A stretch of DNA of 64,000 nucleotides from an uncultured Pseudomonadales bacterium (GCA_964645645.1 CAZYBC010000005.1:702-64701), one strand, 5' to 3'; numbered from the stretch's first letter, positions 8,260 to 17,530 are shown. The notes: a model not told the origin generated them from the letters alone. A program made the numbers and translations.

Positions 8260-9900
8260 ATGAAGTGGCAGATAAAAGCACCAGATCAAATTTCTAATTT
8301 AGATGAATTAAAAAAAATTCTTTTGACTAATCGTCATTTAGATCTTAAATCAGATTTAGATTTTTTTTCTCCACCTCATCCCAGACAACTTTCTTTAAAT
8401 TCCGTAGGTATCAAGGAAAAAAGTTTGTTGCATGCTCAACAATTGATTCAATCAGCGATTGATCATAAGCAAAAAATCCTTATTTTTGGTGATTATGACG
8501 CAGATGGAATTTGTTCTACCGCGGTAATTTGGGAAACTTTATATCACTTAGGCATGAAAGCTCAAGTTTTTATTCCTCACCGTAAAAAGCATGGTTACGG
8601 GCTTTCAGTGACTGCTTTAGCAGAGATTTTTGCTAAAGATAAACCTGATTTAATTATTACTGTTGATAATGGCATTGTGGCTCACCCTGCTTTGGAATTT
8701 GCCAAGCAGGCTGGAGTAAAAGTAATTGTGACTGATCATCATCAAGCTGATCAAGAAAAATTAGAGGCTGAGGAAGTAATTCATAGTACAGCTTTGGCTG
8801 GAGCTGGGGTGGCTTGGTTTTTGAGCCAAACTTTAATTGGACGAGCTGCTGATCAATTATTAGATTTGGTGGTTTTAGCGACCATTGCTGATCAAGTGCC
8901 AGTTTTAAAAGCTAATCGGAGTTTTGTTTTTCATGGTTTACCAGCTTTAGCTAAAACTCAACGTTTAGGTTTACAAGCATTGTTAAAAGTAGCTGGTTTA
9001 AATAGTGGCAAATTAGATAGTTTTCAAGTTGCTTTTATGTTAGCTCCTAGAATTAACGCGATGGGGAGATTAGATTATGGTTTGCCAGCTTTGCAATTAT
9101 TATGTACTAGAAATAAAGATCGGGCGGCTACATTAGCCATTCAACTTAATCAGACTAATCAAGAAAGACAAAATTTAACTTATGATGCACTCACTCAAGT
9201 AGAAAAGCATTTAACTTTAGGTGAAAAAGATAAATTACTTTTAGTTTTTGATTCTAGTTATAATCCTGGTGTAATTGGCTTAATAGCTGGTAAATTAGTG
9301 GAAAAATATGCTCGGCCAACTTTAGTGATGACCAAGGTAGAAGGAGTGATTAAAGGGTCAGCTAGAAGTGTAGAAGGTATTGATATTACCACTTTTTTGA
9401 GAAAATTTAGCAAAGACTTTTTGGAATTAGGTGGGCATAGTATGGCCGCTGGTTTTGCTTTTAATCCAGATCTTCAAAATGAACTTTTTATTAAATTACA
9501 AACTCAAGCTCAACAAGATTTTGCCGACGAGTTATTAGTGGCCAATTTAGTTTTAGAAGCTAAGCTAGATCCACAATTATTGAATTTAGAATTACTGGAT
9601 TTATTAGATACTTTTAAACCGTTTGGTCAGGCTAATCAAGCTCCTTTGTTTGCTTTGTCTAAGTTAAAACTTTTAGACAAACAATATTTAGGTAAAAATC
9701 AAGAACATTTAAAATTAATTTTTGCTTATCCAGATCAGGAAGCTAAAACTTTAAAAACTCTTTTTTGGCAACAAGGAGAAATTTTTAATCAGTTAAAATT
9801 AGCTCAGAGCTATGATCTGGCTGTTAGTTTAGAAAGAAATGTGTGGAATGGTAAAAGTAGTTTACAAGCTGTAGTTAAAGATCTAAAAACTGAGCTTTAA
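8260..9900 (+). CDS. recJ: Single-stranded DNA exonuclease RecJ
   Basis: GDYDADG, TVDNG, TDHH, ATIAD, PRINAMGR, GSARS, GGH..AAG, PFGQAN. Confidence 0.97.
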   Translation: MKWQIKAPDQISNLDELKKILLTNRHLDLKSDLDFFSPPHPRQLSLNSVGIKEKSLLHAQQLIQSAIDHKQKILIFGDYDADGICSTAVIWETLYHLGMKAQVFIPHRKKHGYGLSVTALAEIFAKDKPDLIITVDNGIVAHPALEFAKQAGVKVIVTDHHQADQEKLEAEEVIHSTALAGAGVAWFLSQTLIGRAADQLLDLVVLATIADQVPVLKANRSFVFHGLPALAKTQRLGLQALLKVAGLNSGKLDSFQVAFMLAPRINAMGRLDYGLPALQLLCTRNKDRAATLAIQLNQTNQERQNLTYDALTQVEKHLTLGEKDKLLLVFDSSYNPGVIGLIAGKLVEKYARPTLVMTKVEGVIKGSARSVEGIDITTFLRKFSKDFLELGGHSMAAGFAFNPDLQNELFIKLQTQAQQDFADELLVANLVLEAKLDPQLLNLELLDLLDTFKPFGQANQAPLFALSKLKLLDKQYLGKNQEHLKLIFAYPDQEAKTLKTLFWQQGEIFNQLKLAQSYDLAVSLERNVWNGKSSLQAVVKDLKTEL

Positions 9901-10205
9901 AATTGAAAAGTTGAGGAATCAGATAAATAATGAGCATCATTTAATTCTGTTCCATTAAAATTAAGTTTGGCTAAAATAGAATTTTCAATTTTTTGAGCGG
10001 TTTGAAAATTACTTGGTTCATTAAAAAAAGCAATCCCAAACCCAAAACCCAAGGCTAAAAACAAACAAAAAAATAAAGTTTTTTGTTGAGTTAAAACATT
10101 GTTTACAAATTGATAAAGAGAATAAAAACTGTTAGTAAAAATTTTTTTCATATTAAGTTCAATAATTAAGTCAGTATGATGGCGGTGCTTATTAACGTTG
10201 ATCAT
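9897..10205 (-). CDS. Small single-TM hypothetical protein
   Basis: ORF with hydrophobic segment; extended -10 TGATATAAT 8 nt before ATG (alternative start 10151). Confidence 0.55.
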   Translation of the reverse strand: MINVNKHRHHTDLIIELNMKKIFTNSFYSLYQFVNNVLTQQKTLFFCLFLALGFGFGIAFFNEPSNFQTAQKIENSILAKLNFNGTELNDAHYLSDSSTFQF

Positions 10206-10262
10206 TGGATCGTATTATATCAATTAATATCAAATTTAGCTAAGGAATAGGCAAATAATAAC

Positions 10263-10290
10263 AAAAAACCCCTCGGTTAAGAGGGGTTTT
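10263..10290 (-). terminator. Intrinsic terminator of the dsbA-like gene
   Basis: AAAACCCCTC-GGTTAA-GAGGGGTTTT hairpin with A/T tails. Confidence 0.85.
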
Positions 10291-10311
10291 AGCTTTAAGT
10301 TAAATCTTAAT

Positions 10312-11130
10312 TTAAAGATATTTTTCTACAATGGCTTTTACTTGTTCAAATGGTAAAGCACCAGGGATTAATTCATATTTGCCATCTTTAGTGACCACAA
10401 TCGTACCAGGAGTACCACTCACACCAGCTTTAGTACCACCAGCCATTTGATCAGTAACTTTTTTGGTCATTTCACCACTATCCATACAACTCTTAACAGC
10501 AGTTTGGTTTAAGCCAATTTGAGCTACTAATTTAAGAGCATTATCAATTTGAGCTAAAGTTTCATCTTCAGCGTAGCCACTGTAAAATAAGTCAGAAAAT
10601 TGCCAGAATTTTTCATTACCACCTAATTTAGCGACACATTCACCCATTTCGCCTAATTTTTGAGCATTTTCGTGGAAACTTAAAGGATAATGACGGTAGA
10701 CCCAAGCTACTTTATCACCGTATTCATCTAAAACTTGTTTCATAGTAGGATGAAAACGACTACAGTAAGGACATTGATAATCTGAATATTCAATGAAAGT
10801 TAGTTTAGCATTAGCATTACCACGGATATGATCATTTTTATCAACTTTTGGTACTTGAGCTAAGGTTTCTTGGGTAGGACCTTCATCAACTACAGTTGGA
10901 TCAGCATCTTTAACAATGGCTCCAGTATTAGTACCATTTTTAAGCATTTGTTTTTCTGTCCATAAAGAACCAATAATAAAACCACCTACAAAAATTAAGG
11001 CAAATAAGAAAATTAAAGCAAAATTATTATTCATAAAGTTAACTAAAGCTTTAAAAGAATAGGGAGAAAAATCGCTGCTACTCGTTGAAGAATCAGGCAT
11101 TGTGTTAGAATTATGTCTTTGTGCAGTCAT
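10312..11130 (-). CDS. Membrane-anchored DsbA/BdbD-family thiol-disulfide oxidoreductase
   Basis: DHIRG..A..T.IEYSDYQCPYC, RHYPL, cis-Pro GTP, N-terminal TM. Confidence 0.9.
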   Translation of the reverse strand: MTAQRHNSNTMPDSSTSSSDFSPYSFKALVNFMNNNFALIFLFALIFVGGFIIGSLWTEKQMLKNGTNTGAIVKDADPTVVDEGPTQETLAQVPKVDKNDHIRGNANAKLTFIEYSDYQCPYCSRFHPTMKQVLDEYGDKVAWVYRHYPLSFHENAQKLGEMGECVAKLGGNEKFWQFSDLFYSGYAEDETLAQIDNALKLVAQIGLNQTAVKSCMDSGEMTKKVTDQMAGGTKAGVSGTPGTIVVTKDGKYELIPGALPFEQVKAIVEKYL

Positions 11131-11178
11131 AAATACTTTCTAATTTATTAGATAATAACTATTATTGTAAAAGATACT

Positions 11179-11949
11179 ATGCAAAAGGCAAAGCGTCAAC
11201 TAACGGTCTATGAAAAAAATCAGTTATTAAAACATGGTTTTTCTCTAGACCAAATCGATTTAGAACAATTAGGAGAAAAACCAATTGAATATTTTATTGG
11301 TCAAGCTGACTTTGCTGGCAGAACTTTTTTAGTTAATCAGCATGTTTTAATCCCCAGAGTTGAAACTGAGGAATTGCTTGATTTGATTGTTGATTATTTA
11401 AAAAGGCAGCAATTAAATCGACCAGTGAAAATTATTGAGATAGGTACTGGTAGTGGTTGCATAGGGATTACTTTAGCTTTAACTTTAGAAAAACTAGCGA
11501 TTTCTTATGAACTGATTTTAGTGGATATTAGTCAATCCGCTTTAGATCTTGCCCAAAAAAACTGGCAAAGTTTGCAGCCTAAAATATTAAAATCACAATT
11601 AAAATTTCAGCAAAGTGATTTATTGGAGCAATTTACAGATCAACAATTTGATTTAGTTGTTGCTAATTTGCCCTATATTCCCACTTCAGATTTGCAAGCT
11701 TTAGATCTTAGTGTTAAGGGTTTTGAGCCGATTTTAGCCTTAGATGGTGGAGTAGATGGTAAATTTTTAATTAATCAGTTATTAAATCAAGCTCAAACCC
11801 AACTAAAAGCTAATGGCAAAATTTTTTTGGAAATTTATGAAACGATGAGTTTCCCAGAATGGACTCATCAATATGAGATTGAATATTATATTGATCAATT
11901 TGGCAAAAGAAGATTTGCTCGTTTAGCAAAAATAACCGATCATTGCTAG
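11179..11949 (+). CDS. prmC: Release factor glutamine methyltransferase PrmC/HemK (short N-terminal domain)
   Basis: PIEYFIG, VLIPRVETEEL, IGTGSGCI, ANLPYI, EP..ALDGG.DG. Confidence 0.92.
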   Translation: MQKAKRQLTVYEKNQLLKHGFSLDQIDLEQLGEKPIEYFIGQADFAGRTFLVNQHVLIPRVETEELLDLIVDYLKRQQLNRPVKIIEIGTGSGCIGITLALTLEKLAISYELILVDISQSALDLAQKNWQSLQPKILKSQLKFQQSDLLEQFTDQQFDLVVANLPYIPTSDLQALDLSVKGFEPILALDGGVDGKFLINQLLNQAQTQLKANGKIFLEIYETMSFPEWTHQYEIEYYIDQFGKRRFARLAKITDHC

Positions 11950-11979
11950 TTTGAGTGAGCTATATTAAAATTGCCATTA

Positions 11980-13278
11980 ATGAAAAAAATTATATTATTT
12001 ATTTTTAGTTTCTTATTTTTGAGCATTAGTTTTTTATCTTTAATTTCTAAACCAATTTATGCTCAAGAAACTCCTAAAATTGTTCATCTATTTAGTTCAC
12101 GCACTTGCCCCCACTGTAAAGCAGAAAGATTATTTTTAGAACAATATCAAAAAGAAAATTCTGACATTAAAATTTATGTTTATTATATTGATAAGTTTAA
12201 TGAAGTAGTTAATACTAATTTAATTACCCAAGTAGCTAAAGAGTTAAACATTTCTTCAGCTGGAGTTCCAATTACCATCATTGGTGATCAAGTTTTGATC
12301 GGTTTTGGTGACGCAGCCACCACTGGTCAAGAAATCAAAAATTTAGTTGGCTCAGAATTTACAAAACCAACATATCAAGATGTTGTTACTAAGATTGCCA
12401 AAGAAAAAAATTTGATCCCTGTTTTTGAAGATTTAAGCTTAGCTAAAGTTACTACTCCTACGCCAGAACCAGTTGGTTTAATTCCTAATAATAATGGCGA
12501 TCAAGTTAAGCAAGATCAAGACACTGGAGTAAAAGAAATTAGCTTACCACTTATTGGCAAAGTTAGTTTAAAAGGTATGTCCTTACCATTATTAACTCTA
12601 GTTTTGGGTTTAGCAGATGGCTTTAACCCTTGTGCCATGTGGACGCTAATTTTTTTAATTAGTTTATTGTTAGGTTTAAAGGATAGAAAAAGAATGTGGA
12701 TATTAGGTGTTTCTTTTATCTTGGCGAGTGGCTTTGTTTACTTTTTATTTATGGCAGCGTGGTTAAATTTCTTTTTATTAGTAGGGATGATTAAATGGGT
12801 AAGAATTGTTATCGGTTTAGTAGCATTAGGTGCAGCCTGGAGTTATTTAAAAGATTATTGGGAAAATAAAGATGGGGCTTGTAAAACTGATTTTAGTGGT
12901 AAAAAACAACAAGTTTTTGCTAAGTTAAAAGCCATTACGAGCAAAGAAAGTTTAGTTTTAGCTTTAATAGGAATTGTTCTTTTAGCCTTTGCGGTTAATC
13001 TTGTGGAAATGGTTTGTTCAGCTGGTTTACCTGCTATTTTTACTAAAGCTCTTACTCTTAATAATTTACCCCAATGGCAATATTATGGCTATATCTTGTT
13101 TTATTTACTCTTTTTTATGGCTGATGATATTATTGTTTTTACAATTGCTATGAAAACCTTACAGGGTGTTGGTTTAGATACCAAGTATGCTCGTTATTCT
13201 CATTTAGTAGGAGGAATTTTAATGTTGTTAATTGGTTTAGCGATGATTTTTAAACCCAGTTTATTAACTTTTGGTTAA
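11980..13278 (+). CDS. Glutaredoxin/thioredoxin domain fused to CcdA/DsbD-like TM domain
   Basis: Signal peptide, CPHC, GVP; TM region with DGFNPCAMW and CSAGLP cysteines. Confidence 0.8.
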   Translation: MKKIILFIFSFLFLSISFLSLISKPIYAQETPKIVHLFSSRTCPHCKAERLFLEQYQKENSDIKIYVYYIDKFNEVVNTNLITQVAKELNISSAGVPITIIGDQVLIGFGDAATTGQEIKNLVGSEFTKPTYQDVVTKIAKEKNLIPVFEDLSLAKVTTPTPEPVGLIPNNNGDQVKQDQDTGVKEISLPLIGKVSLKGMSLPLLTLVLGLADGFNPCAMWTLIFLISLLLGLKDRKRMWILGVSFILASGFVYFLFMAAWLNFFLLVGMIKWVRIVIGLVALGAAWSYLKDYWENKDGACKTDFSGKKQQVFAKLKAITSKESLVLALIGIVLLAFAVNLVEMVCSAGLPAIFTKALTLNNLPQWQYYGYILFYLLFFMADDIIVFTIAMKTLQGVGLDTKYARYSHLVGGILMLLIGLAMIFKPSLLTFG

Positions 13279-13309
13279 AAAAAAAGCCTTGTTATTAACA
13301 AGGCTTTTT
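13277..13309. terminator. Bidirectional intrinsic terminator
   Basis: AAAAAGCCTTGTTA-T-TAACAAGGCTTTTT between convergent genes. Confidence 0.85.
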
Positions 13310-13327
13310 AATGTTTTATAAGCGGAT

Positions 13328-14050
13328 TTATTCTTCTACAATTTCTAAACTATTAATCACAATATCACTAAGTGGTTTATCGTTATTACCAGTTTGAACT
13401 TTTTCAATCTCTAAAGCTATTTCCAAACCTTTAGTAATTTGGCCGAAATTAGTATGCTTACCATCTAACCAAGGAGTTGATTCAGCGGTGACAATAAAAA
13501 ATTGGCTTCCATTAGTATTAGGGCCACTATTAGCCATAGCTAAAGAACCTTGGACTAATTTATTAGGGCTTTGCTCATCTTCAAATTTATAACCAGGACC
13601 GCCCATGCCACTACCTAAAGGATCACCACCTTGAATCATAAAACCTTCAATGACACGATGAAAAATTAAACTATCGTAAAAGCCCATTTTAGCTAAGCTA
13701 ACAAAATTATTAACGGTTACGGGCGTGTTTTTAGCATCCAGAGTAAATTCCATATCACCTCGATTGGTGTGCATAATGGCTTTATAGGTTTTATTTTGAT
13801 CAATGCTCATGGCTGGTCTAGCCAATTTAGTTTTGCTAGTGCTATCCATATTTGTCCCTTCTGTTTGATTATTATTAATTAAGTCAGTTTTAATTTCACT
13901 GATTTGAATATTAGTTCCTTTAACTTTATCATCAGTGATGAGATTTTCTTTGGGTAAACTGACAGTTTTATTGGGTGGATTAATAAGTAGTAATAAAACT
14001 ACAAAAGATATTAGACTTAAAAAAACAATGACTAAGATTTTATTTTTCAT
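13328..14050 (-). CDS. Membrane-anchored cyclophilin-type peptidyl-prolyl isomerase; start revised to 14050
   Basis: FHRVIEGFMIQGGDP.G.G.GGPGY, LAMANSGPNTNGSQFFI, WLDGKHTNFG. Confidence 0.95.
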   Translation of the reverse strand: MKNKILVIVFLSLISFVVLLLLINPPNKTVSLPKENLITDDKVKGTNIQISEIKTDLINNNQTEGTNMDSTSKTKLARPAMSIDQNKTYKAIMHTNRGDMEFTLDAKNTPVTVNNFVSLAKMGFYDSLIFHRVIEGFMIQGGDPLGSGMGGPGYKFEDEQSPNKLVQGSLAMANSGPNTNGSQFFIVTAESTPWLDGKHTNFGQITKGLEIALEIEKVQTGNNDKPLSDIVINSLEIVEE

Positions 14051-14068
14051 GTCTGTATAATAGAGATA
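14051..14068. promoter_or_regulatory. 18-bp bidirectional leaderless-type promoter (cyclophilin/capA-like)
   Basis: Plus strand TATAAT-7nt-ATG; minus strand TATTAT-6nt-ATG. Confidence 0.6.
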
Positions 14069-15082
14069 ATGAAGAAAGTTTGGCAACTAGCAATTTATCT
14101 TTTATTAGGCTTTATTTTTAGCCTAGCTATTTTAATTATTAGCCAAAAAAGTAACTGGAGAACATCAATTCATCTCACCGAAGAACAAATTAATCCTTTA
14201 GTTACTGCTCCCTTACCTACTCCAATCCCACCGATAAAAAAAATTAAACTGATTTTTTTAGGCGATATGATGTTTGACCGCCATATCCGTAAATACGCTC
14301 GCCAGAATGCTAATTACACTTATATTTTAGAAGATTTCCGTAGCCCTTTTTATCAAGCTGATTTAATTATTGGCAATTTAGAAGGGCCAGTAACAGATAA
14401 TAAAAGTCGCAGTGAAGGCAGCGTGATTGGCTCTACTAATAATTTTATTTTTACCTTTGAGCCAGCTGTTTTGAAAATGCTCAAAGGCTATGGAAAATTT
14501 TTGCTTAATTTAGGGAATAATCACATTTTTAATTTTGGTCAGAATGGTTTGAAAGAGACACTTGATAATCTTAATCAAGAAGAAATAGCTTATTTTGGTT
14601 TTTTAGGGCCAGTGAATGGCTACTATAGCCATCGAATTGTTGATTTTAGCAATCAACAGCAAAATTTTAAAATTGCTTTTATTAATTACAATCAATTTAT
14701 TGCTGATTCTAAATTACAAACTTTCACAGAAATTAAGCTATTAAAACCACAGGTGGATTTAGTGGTGGTTTATCCTCATTGGGGGATTGAATATCAAACT
14801 ACAGCCAACTCAGCTATTACAACCTTAGCCCATCAATTTGTTGATGCTGGAGCAGATTTGGTGATCGGGGCGCACCCGCACGTAGTCCAACAATCAGAAA
14901 TTTATCAAGGTAAATATATTTACTATAGTTTAGGCAATTTTATTTTTGATCAATATTTTTCTCCAGAAGTGAAAAAAGGGTTAATGTTAGAAGCAGAAAT
15001 TGATCCTATTAATAAAGAAATCCAGATTAAGGAATTTCAAACTCAATTAGAACTTAATGGAAAGACCAGTTTGGTAAAATAA
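14069..15082 (+). CDS. CapA/PgsA-family metallophosphoesterase-like protein
   Basis: GDMM, NLEGP, LGNNH, HWG.EY, GAHPHV, YSLGNFIFDQ. Confidence 0.92.
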   Translation: MKKVWQLAIYLLLGFIFSLAILIISQKSNWRTSIHLTEEQINPLVTAPLPTPIPPIKKIKLIFLGDMMFDRHIRKYARQNANYTYILEDFRSPFYQADLIIGNLEGPVTDNKSRSEGSVIGSTNNFIFTFEPAVLKMLKGYGKFLLNLGNNHIFNFGQNGLKETLDNLNQEEIAYFGFLGPVNGYYSHRIVDFSNQQQNFKIAFINYNQFIADSKLQTFTEIKLLKPQVDLVVVYPHWGIEYQTTANSAITTLAHQFVDAGADLVIGAHPHVVQQSEIYQGKYIYYSLGNFIFDQYFSPEVKKGLMLEAEIDPINKEIQIKEFQTQLELNGKTSLVK

Positions 15083-15109
15083 AAAAGCCCAGTGGTTTAG
15101 ACTGGGCTT
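15081..15109 (-). terminator. Intrinsic terminator
   Basis: AAGCCCAGT-GGTTTAG-ACTGGGCTT stem; T tail on minus strand. Confidence 0.8.
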
Positions 15110-15128
15110 AATTAATTTACCAAAATAT

Positions 15129-15854
15129 TTATTTTGCTAACATTTTAAATAGCCATCCTAATAAGCTGCTAGTTGCTTCCTCAGTTTTCACCATATCTTG
15201 TAAGCTCGTATTTTGTGCTGTTAAAGCCTCAATTGCTTCTTGCACCATTTGCAGATCACCTTGATTAGAAAGCTGAGTTTTAATCTGTTCTAATTGTTGA
15301 ATTCTTAATTGATTCTGTTCCATTTCTTGATTAAGAGCCTTTAAGGCTTTGTAATCTGGACCAATTAAACTTTTCATTAACTGACCGCGATTTTCTACTT
15401 TATGCAATTCAGTTTGTAATTGAGTTTGAGTTTGTTGATGTTCTTGAGCAATGGTTCTAACTTGATCACCAATTCCGCCTTGAGTAGTTTTAACTGAAAG
15501 TAATTATTGAACTTTTTGGGCGACCACGCTCATGTTTTCAGCAGCTTGAGAATTACCTTTAGAATCAGAATCATCTTCTAAGCCATTTTTTGCCATGTCT
15601 TTTTCACTATCATCAATATATTCACGCATTTCTTGTTCTTCTGTTGTAACTTGAAGCTGGGATTCTTCACCCTCGTTCTGAGTTTGAACTTGATTTTGAT
15701 TTTTAACAGCACTACCAGTAGGCATAATTTGCTGAGCTTGACCAGCACTAGGCTGAGTAGAGCCTTGAGCCTTAGCCTCATTTTGAGCCGCATAGGCTAA
15801 AGAGGAAGTGGATAAAAGAGTACAAGTAACAAGCAAAAGGACAAATTTTTTCAT
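15129..15854 (-). pseudogene. Secreted Gln-rich coiled-coil protein interrupted by one in-frame TAA (15504-15506)
   Basis: ORFs 15504..15890 and 15129..15407 share a frame; read-through gives ..VVAQKVQ*LLSVKTTQGGIGDQVRTIAQ..TELHKVENRG.. with no other stop; signal peptide from ATG 15854. Confidence 0.75.
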
Positions 15855-15932
15855 AGGGGCTTTCTGCTTAGTTGGTAATAAGGAAATCATAGCATATTTG
15901 AAAAGAAATTTTTAAAACGGTGTCATTTTTTG

Positions 15933-16003
15933 ATCCCGAGCCAGGATTCGAACCTGGAATAACTGATTCAGAGTCAGTTGTGATGCCATTTCACTACCCG
16001 GGA
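15933..16003 (-). tRNA. tRNA-Gln (anticodon CTG), CCA not encoded
   Basis: Cloverleaf: TCCCGGG/CTCGGGA acceptor, ACTGA-CTCTGAA-TCAGT anticodon arm, CCAGG-TTCGAAT-CCTGG T arm. Confidence 0.93.
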
Positions 16004-16065
16004 AAATGGATGAACTTGAGCTTAAATTTTTAGCCGTCACTTTAGTTCAAAATTTAGCTTAAAAG

Positions 16066-16097
16066 TTCATAATTTTGTCATTTTTGGCTGTTAAACT
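16066..16097 (+). promoter_or_regulatory. Pho-box-like direct repeat plus extended -10 upstream of response regulator
   Basis: TTCATAATTTTGTCAT (11-bp period), 10 nt ending TGT, then TAAACT. Confidence 0.6.
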
Positions 16098-16181
16098 GCT
16101 GGTATATCGAGTTATAAAAGAAAGGTCTTTTAGCAGGCATAAGTATATCAAACTCCTGGCTAATTTACAGCTATAAATCCT

Positions 16182-16847
16182 ATGTCAAAAATTTTATTAG
16201 CAGAAAATGATCTTAATTTACAAGCTATTCTTAAAAGTTGTTTGCAAGCTTATGGTCATCAAGTTTGGGCAGTAGCAAGGGTAAGTAGAGTTATGCAATT
16301 ATTAGCAGAAATTAATTTTGATTTACTGATTTTAGATCGCTTTTTGTTGGATGGTGATTTGTATGCTCAATTGCCTTATTTAGCTCTTAAACACTTACAT
16401 GCCAGAACCTTGATTATTAGTCAAGAAAATAATGTCACACATAAGATTAGAGGTTTTGATTTGGCCGTCAATGATATTTTAGCGAAGCCCTTTACTTTGG
16501 CAGAGTTTCAATTACGGGTAAAGAATTTATTAAATTTGGAAAAGATCTATCAGTTTAACAAGATTCAATTAGGGTCGCTTTTTTATCATCCAGACACTGG
16601 TTTAGTTGAAGATCAAGATTTACAAGCTATTTTTTGTCCTAAAGAAAAAATTTTGTTTGATTGTTTGTATCAAAACCGTAAGAGAATTGTCAGTCGTGAT
16701 TATTTAATTAGTTTAGCCTGGGGCAATGAATTAATTCCGCAAAATAATACTTTAGATGTTTATATTCGTCGCATTAGAATGAAATTATTTACTCAAGCTA
16801 AAAAACTAGAAACCATTAAAAGAATTGGTTATCGTTTATGGGTTTAA
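16182..16847 (+). CDS. OmpR/PhoB-family response regulator
   Basis: Receiver (LLAEND, DLLILD, AKPF) plus winged helix (VSRDYL...W, NTLDVYIRRIRMKL, TIKRIGY). Confidence 0.92.
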   Translation: MSKILLAENDLNLQAILKSCLQAYGHQVWAVARVSRVMQLLAEINFDLLILDRFLLDGDLYAQLPYLALKHLHARTLIISQENNVTHKIRGFDLAVNDILAKPFTLAEFQLRVKNLLNLEKIYQFNKIQLGSLFYHPDTGLVEDQDLQAIFCPKEKILFDCLYQNRKRIVSRDYLISLAWGNELIPQNNTLDVYIRRIRMKLFTQAKKLETIKRIGYRLWV

Positions 16848-17491
16848 GTTTTGATTGGTAAATCTATACTAATGGTGGTGCCACGATTTTCTTTACTTAG
16901 AATTTTCATTTTGCCGTGCATTTGGGTACAAAAGATTTTTTTAGCATAAGCTAAGCCCAAACCAGTATGGTTACTTTTATAGCTAATACCTTTTACACTG
17001 GCAAATTTTTGTTGCAGCCAACTCATGCCCAAACCGCCATCAGTAATGCTCAAGTAACAAGTTTCAGTAGTTACTCTGGCACTAATGATCACCATTTTAT
17101 GAGGAGTTTTGTCGCTGTAAGCTTCAAAAGCATTATTAATTAAACAAATTAAGGCTTGTTGAAAGCAAAAAACATTGCCTCTAATTTTAATTTTTTCATC
17201 AATATGAAAATAGCGAATGATTTGTTGATATTTGGCTGAAAACTGACAAAGATTTAAAGTTTCATTAAGGGTTTTACTTAAATTAAATAAGCGTTGTTGG
17301 GCTTGCGGTTGTTTGAGAATGCTTTGTAGGTACTTACTAGCCATTAAAGATTGGCTTAAGTAGTGAGATAAATTACTCTGATCATGCTTTTGCTGACAAA
17401 TATCTAAAGCTAATTGAGTATTAAGTAAAATATTAGTAACTGGAGTACTCAGCTGATGAATCAGTTGAGCATAAGCTGGTGAGTTGGTCAT
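16844..17491 (-). CDS. Minimal cytoplasmic histidine kinase lacking sensor and TM domains; start revised to 17491
   Basis: H-box IHQLSTP, N-box LINNAFEA, D.G.G, G2 TGLGL, GTT. Confidence 0.85.
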   Translation of the reverse strand: MTNSPAYAQLIHQLSTPVTNILLNTQLALDICQQKHDQSNLSHYLSQSLMASKYLQSILKQPQAQQRLFNLSKTLNETLNLCQFSAKYQQIIRYFHIDEKIKIRGNVFCFQQALICLINNAFEAYSDKTPHKMVIISARVTTETCYLSITDGGLGMSWLQQKFASVKGISYKSNHTGLGLAYAKKIFCTQMHGKMKILSKENRGTTISIDLPIKT

Positions 17492-17498
17492 AATTAAA

Positions 17499-17530
17499 AG
17501 CATAACAAAGAATTATGACCAAATTATGAA
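17499..17530 (-). promoter_or_regulatory. Pho-box-like direct repeat plus extended -10 upstream of kinase
   Basis: TTCATAATTTGGTCAT, 10 nt ending TGT, TATGCT, 7 nt, ATG. Confidence 0.6.

Noticed and set aside
14069-15082. Poly-gamma-glutamate capsule synthesis
   Set aside because: Only a stand-alone CapA-family domain is present, with no capB or capC.
15504-16003. Adjacent tRNA-Gln as suppressor of the in-frame TAA
   Set aside because: The anticodon is a normal CTG (reads CAG), and TAA is the dominant true stop in the window.
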